The notes beneath the pieces are model-generated. The model was not told the origin of the DNA. It was given only the letters and a program-made list of their open reading frames with translations, and did not search any database. The position numbers were made by a program, and so were the translations under genes. From Candidatus Omnitrophota bacterium (lineage in GTDB: Bacteria > Omnitrophota > Gorgyraeia > B26-G9): DNA of 64,000 nt. Shown piece by piece: positions 56,081 to 64,000 of this stretch; position 1 is the stretch's first letter, and every line of letters begins with the position of its first letter. The stretch lies in NCBI GenBank assembly GCA_043826565.1, contig JBDRPX010000008.1:17744-81743 (forward strand). Direction: 5' to 3'.

Positions 56081-56910
56081 CTCACCCCCACTATCATGTA
56101 ATTAGCTATCACTCCACCCGACTGCCAGCCCAAATGATAATCATACAGCTGACATAAAACCGTTCTCCCGGAAAGCTGGCACTTAAATCCGTCAAACGGA
56201 TCCGGATGACACAAGGCGTAATTAATCCCGGCTGTCCATGCGCACTGCCCTTCTGAAAAACCGGCGGGCAACGGAATAACCCCTCCGTACGTTGTTGTGC
56301 CATAGCCGATTCCCACAAACGGCGTTGCGCTTTTTACCCTTAACTGAACCCCGCTGACTTCAATGGTCGAATTATCTACTTTCGCGTCTAAATATCCGGG
56401 TGTCGGATCGCTGGCAGTTGCCTTTACTGTACTACCTCCCATATCAAAAAAACCTTTTGCCCCTACCGCATTAGTTCCGTAATACTTCGTATTTCCCGGG
56501 GACTGCGAACCGCCTTCAAGTTTCTGCGTTTGAACGCCGCCGTCTTTTAATTGCAGTTGATCCCCTGCCGATACCTGAAATACAGCCGTATCAATTAAAG
56601 CGTCTAAATATTCCGGAGTTGTATCGCTTGCGTCCGCTTTAAGTTTATTCGGTGAATTATCCGCCGGTAAAACACCCGCCGCCTGCGGCACACTGGCAAG
56701 CCCGACTAAAGCAGATCCATGCACCTTGTTTGCTGAAGTAATCTGCGCCAGCTTTGTATCCACGATTCCGGCATTTGGCGCAACCTTATCATTAGTAATT
56801 TGTAAAACCGGATCCGTCCCAAGCTCGATAGCATCCCAGTTCGCACGGCAGGCGGCCGGGAAATTGATCAACAGCATATCGTTTTCCGGCTTAGTCTTAT
56901 CCCACGCCAT
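56077..56910 (-). CDS. Tail fibre/side protein
   Basis: Repeated KA.ASD.TP.YLDA units; C-terminal GGVIPLPAGFSEGQC...ANYMIVGVR. Confidence 0.7.
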   Translation of the reverse strand: MAWDKTKPENDMLLINFPAACRANWDAIELGTDPVLQITNDKVAPNAGIVDTKLAQITSANKVHGSALVGLASVPQAAGVLPADNSPNKLKADASDTTPEYLDALIDTAVFQVSAGDQLQLKDGGVQTQKLEGGSQSPGNTKYYGTNAVGAKGFFDMGGSTVKATASDPTPGYLDAKVDNSTIEVSGVQLRVKSATPFVGIGYGTTTYGGVIPLPAGFSEGQCAWTAGINYALCHPDPFDGFKCQLSGRTVLCQLYDYHLGWQSGGVIANYMIVGVR

Positions 56911-57166
56911 TTCCCGCCTCCTTATTTCTGTACGCCTCCGCTACCTTATCCATGTCGTAAAGCTCTGCGCCGTATTCCTTAAGCATCTCAATCCAGCAAA
57001 CATCATGAACAATCAACTTCTGGGCGTAGTTATGCGCCTGCTCCATGCAAGAAAAAACCATCGGTTTTTTATCCGGCATGCGCAAAACAATATCTCCGTG
57101 AACAAGCACGTAGGCCATATCATCCGCAACCGGCCGCTTACATCTGTGACAAATTAAATTATTCAT
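56897..57166 (-). CDS. Phage hypothetical Zn-binding protein
   Basis: CHRC ... HDVC. Confidence 0.6.
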   Translation of the reverse strand: MNNLICHRCKRPVADDMAYVLVHGDIVLRMPDKKPMVFSCMEQAHNYAQKLIVHDVCWIEMLKEYGAELYDMDKVAEAYRNKEAGNGVG

Positions 57167-57374
57167 CTATCGCCTCCGCTTTACATGCGTGACTGATAAC
57201 CTTTTGCAGTATTCCGTTTAAAACCGGCTTGCTAAACCCGGCGTCTTTTATTCCGACACTTCTCGTCTTACTGATAACCCCGCCATCGTTTATCCGGTAC
57301 ATGATCACGCCGTTATAAAAACTTCCTTCGCTAAACTCAATAATTACCTTCTGCGGTATTATATTTTTTGCCAT
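57159..57374 (-). CDS. Phage hypothetical protein
   Basis: AGGAGG RBS; 71 aa. Confidence 0.6.
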   Translation of the reverse strand: MAKNIIPQKVIIEFSEGSFYNGVIMYRINDGGVISKTRSVGIKDAGFSKPVLNGILQKVISHACKAEAIDE

Positions 57375-57385
57375 TATTTATCCTC

Positions 57386-60300
57386 CTAAATTCCGTGCGC
57401 ATGCCAGTCGAAACTGCCGGTCTTTTCCGCACCAGCGCCGTCATACAGCTTGACCGTAAATCCGGTTTCGCTCTTATCCGCAAACTTAGCGTAAATTCCG
57501 TCGCCGCCTGTAACCTCGATATGCACAATCGGTTCTTCATGAAATATTTTTGTAAAATAAACCTGTTTGCCTTCAGTTGCCGCTGATACTGTATCAGAGT
57601 TGTACTCATCAATATCCGGCAAATCGCCGTAATAACCCAGCGTGGAACACGTCACGTTGTCGCTGATATTCTCTCTGCTTAAAGTCATGCGGATTTGAAA
57701 ATAGCGGCAAAAATAATCTCCTGCCTGATACGGCAACCAATCAGACCACACACTATTATCTTCGGATGTTCTGATCTCAAAAAAAGCTACCCCGAAGTTT
57801 TCCACTCCGGTAAATCTCAATTTGTCGCTTGAATTAAACCGGGTAATTGTATCGTCATCAAAACGCCTGCCTGTATCAAGCGTGGTGATAACATTAATCC
57901 CGATACGCACGGTTGCCACATAGCCGAAATCCCGGATTTCCGTTGTGTACTTACCGCTTAAATATCCATCCTCGATAATTAAACTACTACCGTTTATAAT
58001 GAGATTTTCTTTTGTCCCCGGCCAGTACGGATGCTCAACAAATTCAGCGATGATGTTTTTAAACGGAATATCCGTTATGGTAATTACCGCTTCCTTAGCG
58101 TTCTCCGAATAATTACCGGAAGTATCGATTGCTTTGATCCAGTAACTCTGCCGCACTCCTGTTTTAAAATTAGTCGTTAAATAATGCGTCCCCTGCTGAA
58201 AAGTAACTACCTGCCCGCCGTCCCAATCCACACCCCAGCGGATTTCATATCCCCACACATCAACATCAGGGATTTCCGACCATCCGAAATAAAGCCTGTC
58301 CTTGTCCTGATTAACCAAGAAAGTCGAAACGTCACTGGGCGGCGTTGATTTTCCGACCACGGTAATCTCACTTGACGGCGCTAACATCAATCCGCTTTCC
58401 TGTCCTAAATCAGTCACCGAAGTAACCTTGACCTTATACGTCATTCCATCAACAATATCGCCGGTAATCCTAAAATGAGAGCCCTCCGTTTCTCCTCTTG
58501 CTCTCCAGCTAATGCCGCCGTTATCGCTTAAATAGATTTTCGCCTTAGCAAAAGACTTTACGTAATTCTCGACATAAGAAGGCCGGTCAAACCAGACATC
58601 AATAGCGTTTTCAATCGTGCCGTCTGTTTTCTTAACCAAGGATTCGGTTAACTCAAGATTCACCACCAGCGGCACATTCCCGGAAAGTGATGAATAATTA
58701 TTTTGCGGAATTGTTATTTCCGAATCGTCATACACTGCCTCGTTATATTCCAAAGCCGATACTTGCACTTCGTTCCTGCCCTCACGCTGAACAGCGACAA
58801 CTCTGAAGTCTTTTTTTATTTTGTTCGTTTCTCCGATAGCGTAAACATCAAACATCTGAGGCATATATGTAAACGCCTCACATTCCACTTCTATATAAGT
58901 GCCGGTCGGAGAAACAATCAGCTTTTCTTCAATCGAATCATCCGCAAAACGAATCTGTATCTTGTAAGACTTTCCGTCCTCAATAACCATTTCCCGGTCA
59001 AGTTTAATCAGCGTGGTTGTGCTTCCCGCCTGCACCCTGCCGGAAAATCCCCACTGCGGAACGTCATGCGAAATCGAAATAATATCCCCCGCCTGACAGG
59101 CCACAGCGTCAATGCCTGCCCTGAACATAACCGAACGGTTAATGTAGCGGGCGACTTTTAAAGCATAACGTGCCGCACGCAGAGCGTAACTTGTGCGTGT
59201 GGTAAATAATCTGATCTGGCTTTTACGCACCGGTTCTCCGTAAGCGACCGCCGCCTCATCAATATAAGCAATTGTTTCCTGCCGGTAATTTTTCTCTTTA
59301 TCGGTAAACTGCACCTCAATAACATTCGGAACTTCCTTCATGGTTTTCCAGCTCTGGGCAAAACTGTCTTTAATGATATTGCCCATGCCGAATAATTGCG
59401 TAGGGACCGCCTCTTTATCAATTTTGAACGTAATCCCTCCTGCGCTGTATACCGGCATAGCGTTAAAAGTAGCGCAAAGCTGAATTAATAAATCCAGCGC
59501 CCTGTTGTTGCTGTCAATAACCACATCCATCCTGAAGCGTTTCTCATAACCGCCCTTGCCGTCCGGAACTTTTTCCTCGCAGTACTGAGACATTTCAAGA
59601 AGTGATGCCATATCTAAATTCTCGCTTACTATAAATTCGCCTAATCCAAACCGATTGCTTGTAATTAAATCCCGCAAACACCACACCGGGTTCGCCGAAT
59701 ATTTCGCGACATACGTAGTCCCGTCCCATGAAAGCAACGTATCATCAAAAAGAAAACGGTAATCGCTTCCGTCCCAGTAATAATCTTCCCAGTCAACCGG
59801 CACGCCCGCATTGCGCACATCCGGAATCAAAACCTTTTTGCCTTTAACAACCGCCGTGATATTCGGCATAGCGCCGGATATCTGATCAGTCGCCAGAAGC
59901 CGCAATCCTAAAAGAGCGGTATTCGGATAACTCAAATCATCGGTTTTAATCTCGTCTATTTGAAACAGCGTCAGGTCTCCCTGTTTTAACGGCTGAAGTG
60001 AACTGTCCTCGCTGGTGCGGGTTATCCGGATATCATACTGCCCCGGCGCTAAACCGTCCTTGCGAAACACCCGCCTGACCGAAGATCGTGACTGTCCGGC
60101 GATTATTGTTTCACCGAGATCCGCATAAACGCTTTCTGAATGTTCTTTATATTCAACACGGTAAGTCACCATCCAGCTCTGAATATCTCCTGAACTTGAA
60201 TTCTGTTGAAACAATCCGTTATTCAGCCGCAGGTGAATTTCAAACGCCTCTACATCTGAATCGATTGTGGTGTAAACATAAGGATTATTTTGTGCAAGGT

Positions 60301-61003
60301 TAACGTTGACCGGATAAATATTATGCAAATCCTCAAAATTATAAATCCGGTTCTGATAATTTGTCCCGAACCGTTTAATAACCGACATCCCGTCAAAATT
60401 AGCAATCGAATTATTATTCAATTCAATATCTTCAATCGACTCAATTTCACCTTCACAAACCGCAAGGAGAACATTTAAATAATGTTTGTCGCCGTCATCC
60501 CATAAAAACTGATTGATAATATTTCCGCCAACACGGTGTTCGCCATAAACAACCGCTACCGGCACGCCGACTTCTTGAATCGTCTGCACGCCGTCCCAAC
60601 CATATGTTGGCGATCCCTCATCTAATCCGTTAGAGCCTAAATTAAAATCCGGCATTTTCGGTTGGTTCATATACTGGTAAACCGAATACCCCATTGACAG
60701 CATAAAAAATGCCGTCAAAAAAGGATGCGCCACAGCCGCCGCCCACACAGCTGAAATTACCGCAGAAACAACTGCCACAACCGGAGCTTTTACTTCCGGA
60801 ATAACAATGATTTCGTCTCCGTCCTCAACCCGCACGGATAAATCCTCGATGCGTTTGCCGGTAACAATTACCCTTCTGTCATGATAATCAAAACCCGCAT
60901 CATCAAGATAATCCCGGACACATTTACTCCGGGAATACGCAATCTCCCGGACTTGCGCATCTTCAGTTTTAAACGGATTTAAAATATTACGGATTATAAC
61001 CAT
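57386..61003 (-). CDS. Tail tip / host specificity protein J (with I-like N-terminus)
   Basis: VPVAVVYGEHRVGG, CEGEIESI, YPNTALLG, SANPVWCL.D..T..RFGLG, FnIII-like repeats. Confidence 0.9.
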   Translation of the reverse strand: MVIIRNILNPFKTEDAQVREIAYSRSKCVRDYLDDAGFDYHDRRVIVTGKRIEDLSVRVEDGDEIIVIPEVKAPVVAVVSAVISAVWAAAVAHPFLTAFFMLSMGYSVYQYMNQPKMPDFNLGSNGLDEGSPTYGWDGVQTIQEVGVPVAVVYGEHRVGGNIINQFLWDDGDKHYLNVLLAVCEGEIESIEDIELNNNSIANFDGMSVIKRFGTNYQNRIYNFEDLHNIYPVNVNLAQNNPYVYTTIDSDVEAFEIHLRLNNGLFQQNSSSGDIQSWMVTYRVEYKEHSESVYADLGETIIAGQSRSSVRRVFRKDGLAPGQYDIRITRTSEDSSLQPLKQGDLTLFQIDEIKTDDLSYPNTALLGLRLLATDQISGAMPNITAVVKGKKVLIPDVRNAGVPVDWEDYYWDGSDYRFLFDDTLLSWDGTTYVAKYSANPVWCLRDLITSNRFGLGEFIVSENLDMASLLEMSQYCEEKVPDGKGGYEKRFRMDVVIDSNNRALDLLIQLCATFNAMPVYSAGGITFKIDKEAVPTQLFGMGNIIKDSFAQSWKTMKEVPNVIEVQFTDKEKNYRQETIAYIDEAAVAYGEPVRKSQIRLFTTRTSYALRAARYALKVARYINRSVMFRAGIDAVACQAGDIISISHDVPQWGFSGRVQAGSTTTLIKLDREMVIEDGKSYKIQIRFADDSIEEKLIVSPTGTYIEVECEAFTYMPQMFDVYAIGETNKIKKDFRVVAVQREGRNEVQVSALEYNEAVYDDSEITIPQNNYSSLSGNVPLVVNLELTESLVKKTDGTIENAIDVWFDRPSYVENYVKSFAKAKIYLSDNGGISWRARGETEGSHFRITGDIVDGMTYKVKVTSVTDLGQESGLMLAPSSEITVVGKSTPPSDVSTFLVNQDKDRLYFGWSEIPDVDVWGYEIRWGVDWDGGQVVTFQQGTHYLTTNFKTGVRQSYWIKAIDTSGNYSENAKEAVITITDIPFKNIIAEFVEHPYWPGTKENLIINGSSLIIEDGYLSGKYTTEIRDFGYVATVRIGINVITTLDTGRRFDDDTITRFNSSDKLRFTGVENFGVAFFEIRTSEDNSVWSDWLPYQAGDYFCRYFQIRMTLSRENISDNVTCSTLGYYGDLPDIDEYNSDTVSAATEGKQVYFTKIFHEEPIVHIEVTGGDGIYAKFADKSETGFTVKLYDGAGAEKTGSFDWHAHGI

Positions 61004-61491
61004 GCTTTTAACCTGTAAAACCCTTCCACTTTTTTCCGCCATTCCCTGCCATCAAGGCGGGATATGATAACGCCCTGACGGCAACAGTGAATAAACCGCC
61101 GGTTACTTAAAACCATTCCCGCATGATTAGCAACACCGCAGGAATTTAAAAACAGTACAGCGTCAAAAATCTGCGGCTCACTGACTTGATGCCAATCGTG
61201 ATAATAATTTTCTTTAAAATAATCTTTTCCTTTCAATCCCCAGACTTTGCTGTATTGCAAATCTTCAACATCAAAAAGCCTGATCCCCATATCCGCATAC
61301 GCCAGTTTCAAAAAGCCCCAGCAATCAAGTCCTGCCATGGTGCGGCCACGGTGCGCATAAGGAATACCGAGATAGGTATCTACTAAACGCTTTTCTACAT
61401 CACGTAAATCCGTCTTGTCGGTACTGACGGAAACGCTCCGAACCTCTCGTAATTTCCCAGTTGTTTGCACCGCTGTTTTGTCTTGTTGCAT
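60994..61491 (-). CDS. NlpC/P60 tail assembly protein (gpK-like)
   Basis: YLGIPY...GLDCWG, NHAG, FIH; GGAGG RBS before ATG 61491 inside the L gene. Confidence 0.85.
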   Translation of the reverse strand: MQQDKTAVQTTGKLREVRSVSVSTDKTDLRDVEKRLVDTYLGIPYAHRGRTMAGLDCWGFLKLAYADMGIRLFDVEDLQYSKVWGLKGKDYFKENYYHDWHQVSEPQIFDAVLFLNSCGVANHAGMVLSNRRFIHCCRQGVIISRLDGREWRKKVEGFYRLKAWL

Positions 61492-62006
61492 ACCGTTTCT
61501 CCTCCCGGATATCCGCATTCAGCGGATTTAAATTTCCAAGCGCAGGAATTTCTGGAATACCTGCGTGCGGGCAAATCAACTCCCAAAACGTCAAACTTGC
61601 TTGTTAACGCAAACTCCACATTCTTCTGATCAGCAGAGTAACTATCTATATAAAACACATCATCGATATATGCATCCGGGTCCAGAAGCTGATCCTGCCA
61701 GACCATGCGGATAATAACTTTCTTTCCCCGAAAATCAAGTTGCTCCAAATAAAGCTGTATCAGCCTTGACACATTGCCAAGCCGCACTTTTACTTGATCG
61801 ATTTGCCCTTGGTTATTCTCCGATATAAACTCATGCGTTATCGGAAACTTTGAATAAAGAACGCCGTTATAAGTAACATCCTGATCAAACCCGGCAAGAT
61901 GCAAATCATTAACTCCGTCATAAGCTTCAAGCTTATAAAGAAATATCGGCGTGTTTTCCTGCTTCGCCTTTTCCTGCTTAAATGTCTGGTTCATATTCCG
62001 GGGCAT
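61395..62006 (-). CDS. Minor tail protein L-like
   Basis: LPARRY...C.WKFKS.ECGY...C.KT...C...N..RFGAFP four-Cys motif. Confidence 0.85.
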   Translation of the reverse strand: MPRNMNQTFKQEKAKQENTPIFLYKLEAYDGVNDLHLAGFDQDVTYNGVLYSKFPITHEFISENNQGQIDQVKVRLGNVSRLIQLYLEQLDFRGKKVIIRMVWQDQLLDPDAYIDDVFYIDSYSADQKNVEFALTSKFDVLGVDLPARRYSRNSCAWKFKSAECGYPGGETVCNKTKQRCKQLGNYERFGAFPSVPTRRIYVM

Positions 62007-62344
62007 TACTTCACCTCTAAAAAATCAAATTCAAAATCATATATCTCATACGCTTTCATCGTGTACTTAAAACTGTCCTCAACAAACCGCACTGAATACT
62101 CCGCTGAATCATTTGGATTAGTCCATGTAAACGCCGTGAACGATCCGTATTTACTTTTGAAAAAATCCCGCACCGCCTGCATATCCGCTTTTATCCGGAT
62201 GTTAAATCTCAATCTCCACTTGCGTAGCGGAGCCGCCCATTTACGCCTGCGCTGTTCTGCGCCGTTTTCAAACTCTGAAACCAGAGTCTTATATTCCAGC
62301 GTTTCCTCAAAAACAAAATCCGGCAAATATGCAAAATCGCTCAT
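62006..62344 (-). CDS. Distal tail protein (gpM/DUF2460-like)
   Basis: FENGAEQR, FF...G...FTWTNP, VRF. Confidence 0.8.
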   Translation of the reverse strand: MSDFAYLPDFVFEETLEYKTLVSEFENGAEQRRRKWAAPLRKWRLRFNIRIKADMQAVRDFFKSKYGSFTAFTWTNPNDSAEYSVRFVEDSFKYTMKAYEIYDFEFDFLEVK

Positions 62345-64000
62345 GCGTAACTCCTGATTACTGATCGAATCTTTCCGTTGTTGTAAATATCCTCAGCAAT
62401 AGCGTTAGATAACATCTTGCGGTTACGCCAAACGTCCTGAGCGTCCCATGCCTGAATAACCTGATTAACGTTAATCGTTATGCCGCCATCTTGCACCGAC
62501 TCTCCACGATTAAGCGCCCGCAGATTATCCGATCCTCCCAACGATCGCATTCCCCTGCGGGAAAGAACCCCTTCGCCGGTCTGAGCTATAATCGGCACCT
62601 CATCAGGTGCAAGCCCGGAATGCGCACGGATAAACGCCCGGTTGCGCCTCTGCACCGTACCTCCCTGATGAAACAAGTTCGCTACAGGCACGCCGAATAT
62701 CGTACCGCCAACTCCGGCCATCGCCGTAAACATCTTAATGAGTAACAGCTTCGCCAAAATGTTTGATATCATCTGCAAAATCGCTTTGCCAAAATCTGCA
62801 AACACTTCTTTGATACTGCGAAGCTCTCCGGTAAAAGCCTTAAAGAAAAACTGCGAAAAAGCGTTCTGCATGTTATGCGCTGATTGTTTGGCGAACTCCT
62901 CCATAACATTAAACTGCCTGCCTACTTCCTCTGCGCTTTTGCCGATATCTTTGGCGACATTTTTTAAAATCTCTGCTGTTTTATCCCCGGCATCTTTTAC
63001 CTTGGCAAAAACAAGATCGTACTGCGCCATGGCTTCCCGTGCGCTTTCATCCGCCGCAAGATTAAACGCCTGCCTCGCTTCCTCAAGTCCCTGCGTCAAT
63101 CCGTCAACATTAAACTGAATCGTCTTGTCATCTAATGACGCTGAGAACCGCTCAACCTCAGCCGCCGCCTGCCGGTACGTCTCGCCGACTGTGCCGGGAA
63201 GTTTTCCAAGAAGATCGTAAAACTTAATCAACGGCGCCATAAGCGATTGAAAGAAATCTGTCGCAAACCGCAAAAGACCGTTAAGCGCATCAGTAATCCC
63301 CTGAATAAACGCTTTCACCGCACCAGAACCGTATTCAAGAATCGTAAAAACTCCGGAAACAAGCTGATTGGCAAACCCTTGCAAGAACCCGAGCACCTGC
63401 CACAACATCTGCCCGGATGATTCCAGAAATTCATTCCATTTCGATTTGAGCATTTGCACTTTTTCGTAGTTGGTCATCATCTCGATATTCACTGCCTCAA
63501 GATGAGATTTACTTCTTTCTAAAATGTGATTGGCTAACGCCTGCGCCATGTAATACTTTTGTACTTCCTGCGTAGTCTTTCCCGTAGCTTTAGCATATTC
63601 TTCTGCCGCATCTTTAAGAGATAACTGAAGCCCGTAGGATCGTCTTAAGGTTGTAACAAGCCCGCCGGTAACTGCGCTTGAAATATTTTGAAACGCTTCT
63701 TCTGTGGTCGTGCCGAATATCCGTGCTTCAACTCGAGCCTGCCGCATAAGAGCCGTAACCTGATCCATATTTAATCCCTGCGCCATAAGCGCTGACGCTT
63801 TATCCGCAATATTGGAAAAATTGACGGTTTCCTGCGATGCTTCCATCAAAGCCTTTTTCATTTCCTGAGAATTAATACCAACACTCTCGGCCATGCGTTT
63901 AAAACTTTCCTCTATTTGCTGGGCTTTCGCTCCCATCTCCATAAGATTCCATGCCTGACGAAGCGCCATGATGCTCGCAGTAATAGCGGCGGTTATCGCA
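62341..64000 (-). CDS. Tail tape measure protein (partial)
   Basis: Long Ala-rich helical ORF; C-terminal FHQGG...DEVPIIAQTGEGVLSR; open at the window edge. Confidence 0.9.
   Translation of the reverse strand, partial: AITAAITASIMALRQAWNLMEMGAKAQQIEESFKRMAESVGINSQEMKKALMEASQETVNFSNIADKASALMAQGLNMDQVTALMRQARVEARIFGTTTEEAFQNISSAVTGGLVTTLRRSYGLQLSLKDAAEEYAKATGKTTQEVQKYYMAQALANHILERSKSHLEAVNIEMMTNYEKVQMLKSKWNEFLESSGQMLWQVLGFLQGFANQLVSGVFTILEYGSGAVKAFIQGITDALNGLLRFATDFFQSLMAPLIKFYDLLGKLPGTVGETYRQAAAEVERFSASLDDKTIQFNVDGLTQGLEEARQAFNLAADESAREAMAQYDLVFAKVKDAGDKTAEILKNVAKDIGKSAEEVGRQFNVMEEFAKQSAHNMQNAFSQFFFKAFTGELRSIKEVFADFGKAILQMISNILAKLLLIKMFTAMAGVGGTIFGVPVANLFHQGGTVQRRNRAFIRAHSGLAPDEVPIIAQTGEGVLSRRGMRSLGGSDNLRALNRGESVQDGGITINVNQVIQAWDAQDVWRNRKMLSNAIAEDIYNNGKIRSVIRSYA

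Larger units (their letters stand above)
46563..64000 (-). mobile_element. Prophage end: siphophage tail module plus cargo (left boundary uncertain)
   Basis: Lambda-like order tape measure-M-L-K(NlpC)-J-fibre, then holin-like and accessory genes; no att site identified. Confidence 0.8.

Noticed and set aside
56077-56910. Diversity-generating retroelement target in the tail fibre
   Set aside because: No template repeat or reverse transcriptase seen in the window.

Overview
Bacterial chromosomal window. The gene style (PilZ, PEP-CTERM, SGNH hydrolases, B12 radical SAMs) loosely suggests a PVC-group anaerobe such as Omnitrophota; this is inference only. From left to right: (1) 1-8.1 kb, minus-strand accessory genes, several preceded by eroded attC/attI-like half-sites, which looks like a domesticated former cassette array. 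(2) 8.3-17.6 kb, a PAS-GGDEF-HD-GYP protein, a receiver, arfB and tatA, then an operon of a Tat-exported group 1a-like [NiFe]-hydrogenase, maturation protease, heme-c chemoreceptor and tetraheme cytochrome c. This operon is a candidate H2-taxis module. (3) 18.4-30.2 kb, a complete chromosomal integron: long IntI, Pc, attI and 12 cassettes with attC sites. attC7 is split by an IS110/IS1111 element whose 505-bp non-coding end carries two, possibly three, repeated guide-like loops matching attC. (4) 30.2-46 kb, housekeeping and envelope genes, including one gene flanked by 160-bp direct repeats. (5) A 6S-like ncRNA candidate at about 46.2-46.35 kb. (6) From about 46.5 kb to the window end, one end of a lambda-like siphophage prophage (tape measure, M, L, NlpC/P60, J, fibre, holin-like genes) with cargo including a HindIII-family endonuclease facing a DUF1156-type methyltransferase. 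All assignments were made by eye from motifs; no database search was run.
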